Shown here: one piece after another, positions 25,516-35,097 of the stretch
Layout: each line of letters starts with the position of its first letter
Numbering within the stretch: position 1 is the first letter of the stretch
DNA from: a virus
Taxonomy: Duplodnaviria; Caudoviricetes
Strand: one strand, 5' to 3'
Length of the DNA stretch: 50,505 bases
Virus record (IMG/VR): IMGVR_UViG_3300017777_004495
Span: 1 to 50,505 of that record
Position numbers and translations under genes: made by a program
Notes under the pieces: model-generated
The model's database searches: none
What the model saw: the letters and a program-made list of their open reading frames with translations, nothing else
What the model was told of the DNA's origin: nothing

Positions 25516-26562
25516 TTAACCCTGGTTTATGACGGTCCAGTTGACCGTAGATACGTCGGCGGCATTCTGCGTGCCGTCTGCTTTTGCTGCGATGACCGTT
25601 GCGCTACCTGTGCCAATCACGCCTGGTGTCGGTGCGCCGTTGATCGCGTATTCCACGGTCAGCGCCGTGCCAGACGGCGTTATTCGCGCTGCACGAACAT
25701 TTGTTTTTACGCTGAAAATCGGAACCGTCGTGATAGACAGAGCGCCCGCCGTCAGAATACCAGAACCGTTAACTGTCAGCGGGTAGAACTTTCCGTCCGT
25801 CGTTCCGACGACGAACGCGCTCGACGGGGCGAACGCCTTCCAAGATGAGTTCTTGAAGACCGTACCTTCGCCGCCGACTTCCAGCCGGAAACCTGACAGA
25901 ATCGACGTTCCCGTTGCAAACCACTCTGGGCGAGTCAGCGGCGCGACGCCGACTGATACTACGCCGACGACGTAAGGGCCGTTCTGCGCCGCCGTCGTTT
26001 GCGTCGCTAGGAGCACGATGTCGTTTGCAACGAGCGTCACGCCGTCTGTGTTGGTCGAGACGTTGAAAGCAGCAAGGTTCGCTACGTTCGCCGTCGATAC
26101 AGCGCGGACTCTCGTCCCGACTCCGAGCACTGCGAGCATGTTATTGACTCGCGGTACGACGCCGAATGTGACGTCGGATTCAAACGATTCTCCGATAAAA
26201 AACGGGCGGATACCTGCTCCACCCAAAACGTAGACTGCGCTCGTCTTCGTGTCGCCGTACGTCGAATTGCCGTAGTTGGCACCTGTGCCGCCGTTGACCT
26301 TGCACTCGATACCGAACGCAGTGCCCAGAGTCGCGGGCAGAGTGAACGTGACAATCTGCCCCGGTGGGCTACCGCTTGTCGTAAGAACGGGAGTCGCAAC
26401 GCCCGACGTGCCGAAAATCCGCCACTGAACGCTATCAACTCCTAGGGTCGAATCCAGACGGCAGTTGACAATCGCGCCTACCGCAGCATTCTGCGCGACG
26501 CCCGCTGTGCCGTAGACGCTCGTGCCGGGGTCGATCTGAAAAAGGGCTGAAGCGTTCGCCAT
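25516..26562 (-). CDS. Fibre-like structural protein
   Basis: VRAVST..DGVTL..VLL..QTTAAQNGPYVV is the same domain seen in 20960..22765. Confidence 0.7.
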   Translation of the reverse strand: MANASALFQIDPGTSVYGTAGVAQNAAVGAIVNCRLDSTLGVDSVQWRIFGTSGVATPVLTTSGSPPGQIVTFTLPATLGTAFGIECKVNGGTGANYGNSTYGDTKTSAVYVLGGAGIRPFFIGESFESDVTFGVVPRVNNMLAVLGVGTRVRAVSTANVANLAAFNVSTNTDGVTLVANDIVLLATQTTAAQNGPYVVGVVSVGVAPLTRPEWFATGTSILSGFRLEVGGEGTVFKNSSWKAFAPSSAFVVGTTDGKFYPLTVNGSGILTAGALSITTVPIFSVKTNVRAARITPSGTALTVEYAINGAPTPGVIGTGSATVIAAKADGTQNAADVSTVNWTVINQG

Positions 26563-26564
26563 AA

Positions 26565-27227
26565 TTATCCGATGAGCGCGTAGCGGTAGTTGCTCGCATC
26601 TGCCCCGTTGGCAGACGTAACAGTGATCCCGACGCCTGTGCTGAACGTAAACCGAAGTGCGCCTTGGTTGCTAGCAGTAGTGCAACTCGGAATGATTACC
26701 GTGCTCGTCGTGACGCTCGTGTCGGCAATCGTAGCGGTTCCTGCGACCAAGACGAACGTGCCGGTGCGAGAAGATACGGCGTCCAGCGACCGCACCGCAC
26801 CGCTCGTGTTCTTCGCTCGAAGCTGGTCGGCAGCGTCGCTAGAGCAGAAAAGCGTCAGCCCCGTGGCCGGGGAAGGCACCGAGTTGTTCGAGACTGGGCT
26901 GAATCGGTGCGCGTTCGCGACGCTCGTGATGGCGACCGCCGTCGCCGTCAACCGGAGAACGTAGGTCGTGTTGTCCACGATGCAGGTGATCGTCCACGTT
27001 CCTGCGTAGTCCGGTACGAAAACGGGACTCGCTACGGTCGCGTCGGAAAGGTCGCTTCTGCTCGACGACCCGCCCGGCTTCGACATTCCCCACGCGTACG
27101 TCGTACCAGTCGGGAACGCGGATAGCGTAATCCGTTCGCCCACGACGTAGCCTGCGCGTGCGTTGTTCGTCGCGGTATCTCCCGAAAGCATTGTCTCGGA
27201 TGCGCTATTTGCCAGAATGCCAGCCAT
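26565..27227 (-). CDS. Structural protein with PKD/Ig-like domain
   Basis: TYAW..SKPGGS..LSDATVASPVFVPDYAGTWTITC is a PKD-like signature. Confidence 0.65.
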   Translation of the reverse strand: MAGILANSASETMLSGDTATNNARAGYVVGERITLSAFPTGTTYAWGMSKPGGSSSRSDLSDATVASPVFVPDYAGTWTITCIVDNTTYVLRLTATAVAITSVANAHRFSPVSNNSVPSPATGLTLFCSSDAADQLRAKNTSGAVRSLDAVSSRTGTFVLVAGTATIADTSVTTSTVIIPSCTTASNQGALRFTFSTGVGITVTSANGADASNYRYALIG

Positions 27228-27230
27228 GTC

Positions 27231-28373
27231 TCAACTCTCCAATCTGAAACCGTAGGCGTTGAGTCGAGTGACTGCCGCTTGCGTTCCGCCGGCATTCGCA
27301 GGGGAAAGCGTGCTCATCGCACGTAAAAACGCTTCGTGTAACGATAACAGCGGCCCGAGTGCTGTCGTCAGATTGTTTACCCCATCTGCCAAAGAGTGGG
27401 AAGTCGCATCTGCTCGGTGCGCTTCGTAGACGCGGTAAACGTCGGCAATCGCAGCGAACCCGAGAGATGCGTCGGATTCGCTTCCGCCGCCGTCGCAAAG
27501 AAAGGCGTTCGTGAAATCCGTATCAGAATGGTAGCGACTAGCACCGCTCGCACCGTTGGATTGATGCTGCCGCAGCCGCGAGTACAGCACGGACGCAGCG
27601 CGGGCGAGTCCACTAGGTGTCGAACATCTGTTGGACAGATAAGTAATCTCTAAGTTGTTGTCGGAGTCAGGTGTCGGCGTCGTGACATTGACGTGGAACG
27701 CGCCGCCTGTGTTCGACATGTGCGTCGGAATTTTTACCTTCATCTCGGCAATCAACGTCGCCAAGTTGGGCGAAAGCGTCGAGACATTCGCGTTCTTGAA
27801 CAACGCGAGTTGCGTCAGCACGTCGGTTGAAGATGCCGCTGAAACTGCGCGCGGCGTAGACGGATTCACAATCGCCGGGGACAGAACGCCGTGAACGTCC
27901 TGGCTAGTGCTGCGAATGGTGCTGTCCCAAACGTGGACCAGAAATGTAGCTGTTCCGCAGGAGCTTGCGCCGAGACGATGCGTCATGCGCTGGCCAACGT
28001 AGACGTAGAGCGTTTGTTCTGCTCCGATCTGCGTTTCTGAATCAAAGGCGTCAGCCGAATTGGAAAATCCGCCGCCGTAGGTCGTCGCACCGAGCGTAAA
28101 TTCCTGCCCGACGAAGATGTACCGCCCGCCGACTTCGAGTTGCGCGTGGAACTCGACACCGGGCGAGATACCGCCAGCAGTTGGGGCATTCGGTGGCGTG
28201 ATCTCAATTCGAGTGGCTTGCGTCTTATCGAGGAGCTTTCGGTAAACGCTACCGATTGGTGCGTCGGTGCACCAAAGACGCACGAAATTCGCGGCGTTGT
28301 CCACCGTCGCGGTGAGCGGCACAGCGGTACTCGGCAGCGCGTACAGCGGGGTCGTCGTCAGAGTGATCGTCAT
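27231..28373 (-). CDS. Hypothetical virion protein
   Basis: 380-aa ORF in the tail cluster with tight gene spacing. Confidence 0.7.
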   Translation of the reverse strand: MTITLTTTPLYALPSTAVPLTATVDNAANFVRLWCTDAPIGSVYRKLLDKTQATRIEITPPNAPTAGGISPGVEFHAQLEVGGRYIFVGQEFTLGATTYGGGFSNSADAFDSETQIGAEQTLYVYVGQRMTHRLGASSCGTATFLVHVWDSTIRSTSQDVHGVLSPAIVNPSTPRAVSAASSTDVLTQLALFKNANVSTLSPNLATLIAEMKVKIPTHMSNTGGAFHVNVTTPTPDSDNNLEITYLSNRCSTPSGLARAASVLYSRLRQHQSNGASGASRYHSDTDFTNAFLCDGGGSESDASLGFAAIADVYRVYEAHRADATSHSLADGVNNLTTALGPLLSLHEAFLRAMSTLSPANAGGTQAAVTRLNAYGFRLES

Positions 28374-28376
28374 AAT

Positions 28377-29009
28377 TCAGACCGCAATCGTCCAACCGCC
28401 GCCGCCATCCCAAGCAAGAGAAAATCCTGTCCCTAAATCGGTGACACCAATCTGAATCCAATTATCAGTACCCGCTCCCGAACCGAGCGTTGCGACGGTC
28501 ACTGCTGTCCCGTCTTTGATGATAATGTTTTTGCTAACCGACACGTTGTCGATACGCAGCATTACAATCGAGCCCGGAGGGAGTGATGCCGGTATGGTGA
28601 GCGTTCGGTGGTTTGTTGGGTTGAACGTAGAACGTACAATAAAGCCAGTAATCGTATGATTGGTATCCGCAGTAAGAGACTGGTAGTTGCCGGTGACGTT
28701 CAGCAACGTAGTGCTAACTTGACCACCGAAATAGGTACGCAAATTACCAAGCGGTGTAAGGTCTTCAATTTCAATGTTGTTGTGGACATTTAAGAACAAA
28801 CCAGTTCCCATTCCAGGCGTAGTCGTATTAACAGTGACATCGAGTCCTTTGCTAAACGTCGTAGTCAGCATGTTCGCGCACGTATACGTGCCGCCGTTTA
28901 CGCCGTCGATGGCGTTCGGCTGTTGCGCCGAGATGGTTGTCATGTGCGTGTGCGGAAGCTTCTGCCCGAAGCTGTAGCCCAGGCCACCTGTAGGGTCTGC
29001 GAGAGTCAT
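28377..29009 (-). CDS. Putative tail fibre/receptor-binding protein
   Basis: Directly after the gp48-like wedge gene. AGGAG RBS. Low-GC beta-rich C-terminus. Confidence 0.55.
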   Translation of the reverse strand: MTLADPTGGLGYSFGQKLPHTHMTTISAQQPNAIDGVNGGTYTCANMLTTTFSKGLDVTVNTTTPGMGTGLFLNVHNNIEIEDLTPLGNLRTYFGGQVSTTLLNVTGNYQSLTADTNHTITGFIVRSTFNPTNHRTLTIPASLPPGSIVMLRIDNVSVSKNIIIKDGTAVTVATLGSGAGTDNWIQIGVTDLGTGFSLAWDGGGGWTIAV

Positions 29010-29018
29010 CTGAACTCC

Positions 29019-29801
29019 TTATGTGATCATGCCGTCAAAGTCTAGGTCTGAGATGTCGAGGAGGAAACCGTTCTCGCTCAACCCGATTGCCCAATCGAAT
29101 GCCGCCCATGCAGGCAATACTTGATCGAGAAGCTGGAACAAATGCACGTTCAGCAATTCCATGAACGTGAGCAAAGACATTCCCGCCGGCTGCTTAACTT
29201 CTACTACGTAAAACGCTCTGGCAGACAACCACGTTCCGCCTCCGAGATCGTAGCCTGCCGGGCCAGGAAAGACACCAGGCCAAAAAGTGGGCGTCGGTGG
29301 CGTAACCAGATCGGCACCCTCGAAACGCCAAGAACGGACGAAAACATCGCCGAGCAGTTGCGCCACAGCGTCATCGACAACTCGCGCCGTTGGCCCAATC
29401 GCCAAGCGGAACTTTGCGGCGCACCGTTGCCGGATGTCTTGCCGCGTATCGCCTGGATAGGAATTGACCGCTAATGTTTCCAGCCAACGAGCTAGCGATT
29501 CGTCGCAAGTCGCAGGCAGCGCGTTGTTCGCAAGCTTGTCGCCTGCGCGCCAGCGTGCCGATTCGCTTCGCGCGATAGCCAAGTTTTCTGCGTGGACAAA
29601 TCCTGTTAAGCCGCCGTCATAGACCGTGCGGTATGCGCTGCCTCGACCGGCCCGCAGTTCTCGGTAGAACGCCCACGCATAGGGCGAGCGACCTTCGGTT
29701 GCGCTGTTGTTTTTGTCTAGCGCAGCACCGTAATGTCCGATGCGTCGTTGACGCGACCAAGAAGGCTCGCCTTCCAGAACTACGGTGACGTCGCTAGCCA
29801 T
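29019..29801 (-). CDS. Baseplate wedge protein (Mu gp48/YmfQ-like)
   Basis: PATCDESLARW..L..DTRQDIRQR and LDQVLPAW motifs. Follows baseplate J. Confidence 0.65.
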   Translation of the reverse strand: MASDVTVVLEGEPSWSRQRRIGHYGAALDKNNSATEGRSPYAWAFYRELRAGRGSAYRTVYDGGLTGFVHAENLAIARSESARWRAGDKLANNALPATCDESLARWLETLAVNSYPGDTRQDIRQRCAAKFRLAIGPTARVVDDAVAQLLGDVFVRSWRFEGADLVTPPTPTFWPGVFPGPAGYDLGGGTWLSARAFYVVEVKQPAGMSLLTFMELLNVHLFQLLDQVLPAWAAFDWAIGLSENGFLLDISDLDFDGMIT

Positions 29802-30253
29802 TACCAAACCACCAGCGTGTAATGTGCGCTAACAGGCGCGTTGGCTGCGTCGAAGGAACGTAACGTAAGAGACGTCGGAGAATTGATAGCCACGACGAAA
29901 TACGCTGGTGCTACGCTCGCCGCCGTCCAGATATGGGAAGCGATAGCTTGCCGGATATTTGTCGAGTAGGAATTGTCGTATTCGTCCGAATAGCTGACGT
30001 TCCAGTCAATGTTGTAGATACCTAGACCGCCGGAAGACGTGAGTGGCATGGCACTTGTTCCGTTGCCGTGCTGCGAGATGTACGTCTGTGTCAATAATCC
30101 GCCAACAAGCGTGTGGCAGAAGACGGCGAAGGGCGCGGTCCCTACGCACGCTTTCAAGTCGGCTGAAATGCGCGCGTGTTGCTCGGAGGTAACACCGTCC
30201 AGAGACGTTCCTCCCAGCGGAAACGGACACGGCGCGAATCCACCAAGCGGCAT
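29801..30253 (-). CDS. Baseplate-region protein (paralog of 30257..30787)
   Basis: Shared RI.ADL...PFAV and W...Y.D.Y....NI motifs. Confidence 0.65.
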   Translation of the reverse strand: MPLGGFAPCPFPLGGTSLDGVTSEQHARISADLKACVGTAPFAVFCHTLVGGLLTQTYISQHGNGTSAMPLTSSGGLGIYNIDWNVSYSDEYDNSYSTNIRQAIASHIWTAASVAPAYFVVAINSPTSLTLRSFDAANAPVSAHYTLVVW

Positions 30254-30256
30254 CGT

Positions 30257-30787
30257 TCAACCAGTCCAGACGGAAAGCGTGACTTTTGGATTGGAGACTG
30301 CTGCCGCAGCATTGTCGAAAACCCGCACACGAACGGATTCAAAAATGCCGTCAGCGTTAGCGTCCAAAAGTTGGGCAGTAGCAATTCGGACAGCCGCTCC
30401 TGATTGCACCGTCGCCGTCGCGCCAATGATGTTGGCGCGACCTGCGACGCCGTAGTCGTCGTTGTACGTACCCGACCATGCGAATGTGACATCGCCATTC
30501 CCGTTTCGCGTTGCGATGGGTGCAGCACCGGCCATCGCATAATAGTTGGAAACGGTAGGCGCGGCAGGCGTCGTGTCGTCGCAAGTGAACGTAACGACAG
30601 CAAAAGGGCTGACACGGGCAACAGCCGCGAGATCGGCGGCAATACGGCACAGATTCTCTGCTGAGAGGTCTGTTCGGGGATTGATTGTTCCGACCGACTG
30701 ATAGTTGGTCTTGTTTACGTTGCCGCCGTAGGCGGTATGCCCGTTCGACCTAACCCACGCAGGATTGCCAGTAGGAGTAATGCTCAT
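30257..30787 (-). CDS. Baseplate-region protein
   Basis: ATGA-coupled to the baseplate J gene. Confidence 0.7.
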   Translation of the reverse strand: MSITPTGNPAWVRSNGHTAYGGNVNKTNYQSVGTINPRTDLSAENLCRIAADLAAVARVSPFAVVTFTCDDTTPAAPTVSNYYAMAGAAPIATRNGNGDVTFAWSGTYNDDYGVAGRANIIGATATVQSGAAVRIATAQLLDANADGIFESVRVRVFDNAAAAVSNPKVTLSVWTG

Positions 30788-32310
30788 AGCTTGTATATCC
30801 CGAAGTTACTGGGCATAAAAACACGCGGAGATAATGTGACAACCGGCACAGTCGGCGATGTGGCCTGACGATAACTCCAAGCGGCATCTAAAATCTCTTC
30901 GTGCGCGGCAATCATTTCTGTTAACTGCCGAACAGTCAAATCGCTATTCCAAGCGTCTTGAATGAAAGGACGGCGAAGAGCCCGTGGGATGCGGTTAGGA
31001 TCGTTAGTATTCTCTCCTGGCCCTAGCCTGCGCATGCTGCTTTGCCACGTTTTACCGTAATCAGCCATATTGACTGCTGCTGGGCTGATGAACTCGCCAA
31101 CTAAGCATCCGGTGTCGTTGTGGTCAACCAGCGAAGTCTCAAGAAACAGATGCCAAACGCCTACCGCAATGAAAGTTACCCCGGTAACTAGTTTTGTGTA
31201 GAATGCTTGATCGGCGCTGGACCACCAAGAGATGTGCGTCTTACCGGGAATAGGCGCAACTAGCGTCAATGCGTTCACTTGTATCTTCAGTGGGTCGGCA
31301 AACAGCGCAGTTATTTGGACTCTTGTTTGGCCACCCGTGAGCAAAGGCCAAGGAGCGGAATCAATCCAACCCTTACCATTGCCACCAGCTTGCGAAGCAG
31401 CAGGCAACGAAACCGAAATAGCAACTTCGTTTGACTGTCCTGCCGCTGAAGCCACGACAATTTCAATGTCGTCGGGCATCGTCGAATGCAAAGCGTCGCG
31501 AACAATCGACGTCGCCTGAGTGCTAAGCACCCGCGAAAAGTCGTACGTTGCTGGGTCGATGTCTTTGACCAGAACAATTTTCACAGATGCCGGTCCACCC
31601 AGCGCAGGGTACGCGAACGCGTACTGCACCGTAGCAAGCGCATTCATCGCCTGCTCGATTGCGTATCCCCAGTTTCCGCCTGCCGGAATTGTCTGAAGCC
31701 TGTTGAGGATTCGATCACGTTTCCGTTCGTCCGTTTCTTTGTCTGCACCACCCGTAAGCGGAGAGTTGACCGAAACTTTTGCTTGAGCCTTGACGTTGGG
31801 AGGAGGGCTCACGAAGCGGACAATGCTATTAGCAGCCAAATTGCAATCGCTTCCGGCGTCGATGGTCGTGACTGGTACTTCCCCCTGGTCAGTTACACCA
31901 ACGACAACGCCAGCGACTTTGCCTCGTTTGCCGTTAGGCAGAACGAACTCGTGATTGTTGAAATTGACGACAGCGTTTGCCGGTTGCAGCGAAACAACTA
32001 GCCGACCTGACGACGGTGCAGGTAAAATCTCAGTCAACCCGAAAGTTGAACGCCACTCGTCCAGGCTATTTCCTGTAGCGTAGAGCACGCTGGTGTTCGA
32101 GTCCGCTGTTGCGATGTTGCTGTATTGCAGCAGTCCTAGATTGCCGACAGCCGTCGCCAGGATGAACCAATCGGTACCAGGCCGAGTTACTCGATCTACC
32201 TCGTCCTCGGTGGCGTACTTGCGCGCTTCGATACGAATGTCCGTAAGAAAATCGTCGCGGATTTCAGCAGCAGAAGACGGCGTGTAGAGTTTGTTTGTAG
32301 GAGTAGGCAT
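30784..32310 (-). CDS. Baseplate J-like protein (Mu gp47)
   Basis: ATGNSLDEW..GL, AGSDCNL, LTGGADKETDE..RDRIL..PAGGN and AYPALGGPASVKI. Confidence 0.9.
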   Translation of the reverse strand: MPTPTNKLYTPSSAAEIRDDFLTDIRIEARKYATEDEVDRVTRPGTDWFILATAVGNLGLLQYSNIATADSNTSVLYATGNSLDEWRSTFGLTEILPAPSSGRLVVSLQPANAVVNFNNHEFVLPNGKRGKVAGVVVGVTDQGEVPVTTIDAGSDCNLAANSIVRFVSPPPNVKAQAKVSVNSPLTGGADKETDERKRDRILNRLQTIPAGGNWGYAIEQAMNALATVQYAFAYPALGGPASVKIVLVKDIDPATYDFSRVLSTQATSIVRDALHSTMPDDIEIVVASAAGQSNEVAISVSLPAASQAGGNGKGWIDSAPWPLLTGGQTRVQITALFADPLKIQVNALTLVAPIPGKTHISWWSSADQAFYTKLVTGVTFIAVGVWHLFLETSLVDHNDTGCLVGEFISPAAVNMADYGKTWQSSMRRLGPGENTNDPNRIPRALRRPFIQDAWNSDLTVRQLTEMIAAHEEILDAAWSYRQATSPTVPVVTLSPRVFMPSNFGIYKL

Positions 32311-32311
32311 G

Positions 32312-32758
32312 TCAGATCACGCTAGTCACAATCTGCAAACCCGTTTGCCCGGTCAAATCGCTGTAGATTAGCGTGACCGCAATTCTTCCGCCAGTCTGTT
32401 TGTCTACGAGAATGTCTTGAATCTTCATGATTCTCTCGATGTCGGTAAGCCGATAGCACGCGTGTCGAATGGCTGCACGCGTTGACGCGACATAGCTTTC
32501 GTCGATTTTTCGAGGTCGTACAATGCCCAAATCGGGAAGCGCCGTCGAACTTCCAATCTCGGTGTTCACAATCAGCAAAACGCGCTGCCTCAATGACGGC
32601 ATCGACCCGAATTGTCCGACTTTCGGATCGATGTAATAGTCGCCGGTATACGAATCAATGAACCGGGAAAGCGCCGGACCTTGCGTCGCAGGCAACGGTG
32701 CGGCCACGGGCGTGCCGAAGCCGAAGGGAGTGCTGCCGATGGGTGCGCCGCTTACCAT
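32312..32758 (-). CDS. Baseplate wedge gp25/gp46-like protein
   Basis: QRVLLIVNTEIGS..LPDLG motif. Position before J. Confidence 0.7.
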   Translation of the reverse strand: MVSGAPIGSTPFGFGTPVAAPLPATQGPALSRFIDSYTGDYYIDPKVGQFGSMPSLRQRVLLIVNTEIGSSTALPDLGIVRPRKIDESYVASTRAAIRHACYRLTDIERIMKIQDILVDKQTGGRIAVTLIYSDLTGQTGLQIVTSVI

Positions 32759-32759
32759 G

Positions 32760-33089
32760 TCAGTCCAGTGGGCATGATATATCAAACGAAAGCGACGGCA
32801 AAGGAGGAAACGGCAGCGGAGGAAACGGCGGTAGCGTGATCTGGAGCACCGGCAGCGGAAGTTTGATGCCGAAAGGCAAATCCGGTAGCTTGAACGAAAG
32901 CGTCGGCAGCGGCGGTAACGGCAGCGGAGGGAACGGCGGTAGCGTGATCTGAAGCACCGGCAGCGGAAGTTTCATGCCGAAAGGCAAATCCGGTAGCTTG
33001 AACGAAAGCGTCGGCAGCGGCGGGAACGGCAGCGGAGGGAAAGGCGGTAGCGTGATCTGTAGCGGGATGACGAACTTGCACGCGCTCAT
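32760..33089 (-). CDS. Proline-rich protein (C..CPLD) between the spike and wedge genes
   Basis: ATGA-coupled to the spike gene. 36-aa repeat, single Cys near each end. Confidence 0.6.
   Translation of the reverse strand: MSACKFVIPLQITLPPFPPLPFPPLPTLSFKLPDLPFGMKLPLPVLQITLPPFPPLPLPPLPTLSFKLPDLPFGIKLPLPVLQITLPPFPPLPFPPLPSLSFDISCPLD
32785..33061 (-). repeat. 108-bp tandem repeat x~2.6
   Basis: TAGCGTGATCT recurs at 32832, 32940 and 33048. Confidence 0.95.
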
Positions 33090-33796
33090 GCGCCGTTAGC
33101 CGTGACGTTCGTCGCCGTGGTGAGAAGACCCTGAAGCAAGAAGACGGCTGCGGCGACGTTGGCGGGCGTTGCTAGCGGAGCCACTTTGAACGGCGTCAGC
33201 AGCGAGCCGAGTGCGCACAGCACGTTATGCGTAGGATCGTTGCCTCCTATCTGTACTTTGCCGTGAATACGAATGTCGCCCGCTTCACTCATCAAGATCG
33301 ACGCCTTGCCTCCTGGTGCGACGATGTTGAGCCCTTCTGGCGTCATTTCGATAATCCCACCGAAGGCTGTGATGGTGATTTTGTCGTTTTTTCCGTCGAG
33401 CATCAAGAGCATCGTCTTTTCGTCTTTGCTCTCGGTGACCAGTGCGATCTGCTTGTTCGCATGAACGCGCACCTGCGCCTTCGCGTTTGGATCGCACGAA
33501 TGCAGCACCGTGTCGCCTGGTTGCATTGCTGCTACCACCGACGCGCACCGACCGTCACGAGCCCCGACGATAGCGCCGTTCAAGTTGCCCACGTCGCGGA
33601 GGATGATGCCTTCCGCTGATCCTGTGCTTGTCGGTGCTGCGGGAAGAGCCGTTACGCCGAGAGCTTGGAAGCTTGCGACCTCCCCGAAGCTTTCGTTGTC
33701 GTCAACGTCGCCTGTGATCTGAACGCTTGCTGTGATCAGCGGTAGCTTGTTCTCTGCCAGCTGGGACGTGTTGATGGTGCAAATGTCGAAACTCAT
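33086..33796 (-). CDS. Baseplate central spike (Mu gp45-like)
   Basis: QALGVTALP..AEGI..GARD.R..MQPGDTVLH. ATGA start at 33796. Confidence 0.75.
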   Translation of the reverse strand: MSFDICTINTSQLAENKLPLITASVQITGDVDDNESFGEVASFQALGVTALPAAPTSTGSAEGIILRDVGNLNGAIVGARDGRCASVVAAMQPGDTVLHSCDPNAKAQVRVHANKQIALVTESKDEKTMLLMLDGKNDKITITAFGGIIEMTPEGLNIVAPGGKASILMSEAGDIRIHGKVQIGGNDPTHNVLCALGSLLTPFKVAPLATPANVAAAVFLLQGLLTTATNVTANGA

Positions 33797-35097
33797 TGGT
33801 CTGCTCCTATTGCGAAACTGCCTGGTCGCCAGCAAACAAGATGCGTCTTCGCGCCTTCTGCCGGCGAATACGTGTACGTGCATTTCTCAATCCAGAGCCG
33901 CTCCTCGATGTCGCAAAGTTCATCGTAGACTCCGATTATCGTGTTCACCGCGTACATGCGGTTGGTTACGCGGTCACGATGCCCCTGCAAGGTGATCGAA
34001 TACTGAAGGCTGTCCTTGAACCGCTCCGCAGCTTTCCTGGCCGCGATGTTCTGAACTTGCTTCGCGTCCTTCGCCAAGTTGTCTCGCAGATACATCAAGC
34101 GGTACATAGAAAACTTCGGGACGAAACCTGATCGCGGCGCAATTCGCTCGGTGTAATAAGACATCCCAGGCGGCAGAAGGGCTTCAAGCGTCTGCTGGAT
34201 GCCGGGAACAGAAGTCGCTTCCCCTGAGACTGCTGAGACTTTAGGGGGCAGATTGGCTTGAATGATCCGCAAGAGTGCTATTTCAAACTTCTCTAAGTTG
34301 GTTGCAGCTGGACTCTTTGCAGCAATGGTTGTTCTAGCCTCGGATGCGCCACCTGTCTTGCCGCTGACAAGGACGACAGTCGGAAACTTTGAATAATCTC
34401 GCCGAACCGAAGCAGAAAGAATGTCGTTCGTTGCGCTGTTGGGGTTTTCCAGCGTTCTTCGTACGTAGTAAGACGACTCTTGCGTGTAGTCAGGCGCGTC
34501 TAGGAGTATCGTGTTGTACTCGGTCGTCGGCTGCATCGTGCAACCAAACCTGACGCAGAGCCGATTCAGGAACTCGTAGATGCCCTCGCCTGGATTCGCT
34601 TTGTAGTCTTTCAACGGAGCGTTCTGAAAAGACCGAGTGCCTGCCGTTGTCTCTACCTGCGCGCCTACGCGGGCATTTCGCCAACGCGCGGCGTCGAAAG
34701 ACACTTCGGAGATGCCGACCGGACCTGCGGCAATTTTTATGGCTTGCTCAAGCGTCATCTGTTCGCTCAAGGCTACGGCAGGATCTAAATTACATTCCAC
34801 CATGTCCGAAATGTAATCGCGTCCCTGGCAAGTAATAGACGAACCCGTGTCCCCTCCGATTTCGGTTACGTCAATCCGACCTCTGAGGATTGTCGTGCCG
34901 TCGATGCTGATTATCACCCGCGACAAGTCCAAACTTCTATTATATTTGGAAGACGGATCGTACATCTTAAACGAAAACGCATCCGTGCTCGTCATGTACG
35001 CCGAATCAATGCTGTACTCCTCGATGCCATTCAGAAGCAGCCGACCATCGCCGAAGTCAAGCTCGACGACTAGCTTTGCGGAATCTAACTGCGCCAT
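33793..35097 (-). CDS. Baseplate hub (Mu gp44/P-like)
   Basis: YSIDS..TDAFSF, LRGRID, GRD..SDMVEC and PGEGIYEFLNRL. Confidence 0.85.
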   Translation of the reverse strand: MAQLDSAKLVVELDFGDGRLLLNGIEEYSIDSAYMTSTDAFSFKMYDPSSKYNRSLDLSRVIISIDGTTILRGRIDVTEIGGDTGSSITCQGRDYISDMVECNLDPAVALSEQMTLEQAIKIAAGPVGISEVSFDAARWRNARVGAQVETTAGTRSFQNAPLKDYKANPGEGIYEFLNRLCVRFGCTMQPTTEYNTILLDAPDYTQESSYYVRRTLENPNSATNDILSASVRRDYSKFPTVVLVSGKTGGASEARTTIAAKSPAATNLEKFEIALLRIIQANLPPKVSAVSGEATSVPGIQQTLEALLPPGMSYYTERIAPRSGFVPKFSMYRLMYLRDNLAKDAKQVQNIAARKAAERFKDSLQYSITLQGHRDRVTNRMYAVNTIIGVYDELCDIEERLWIEKCTYTYSPAEGAKTHLVCWRPGSFAIGADQ

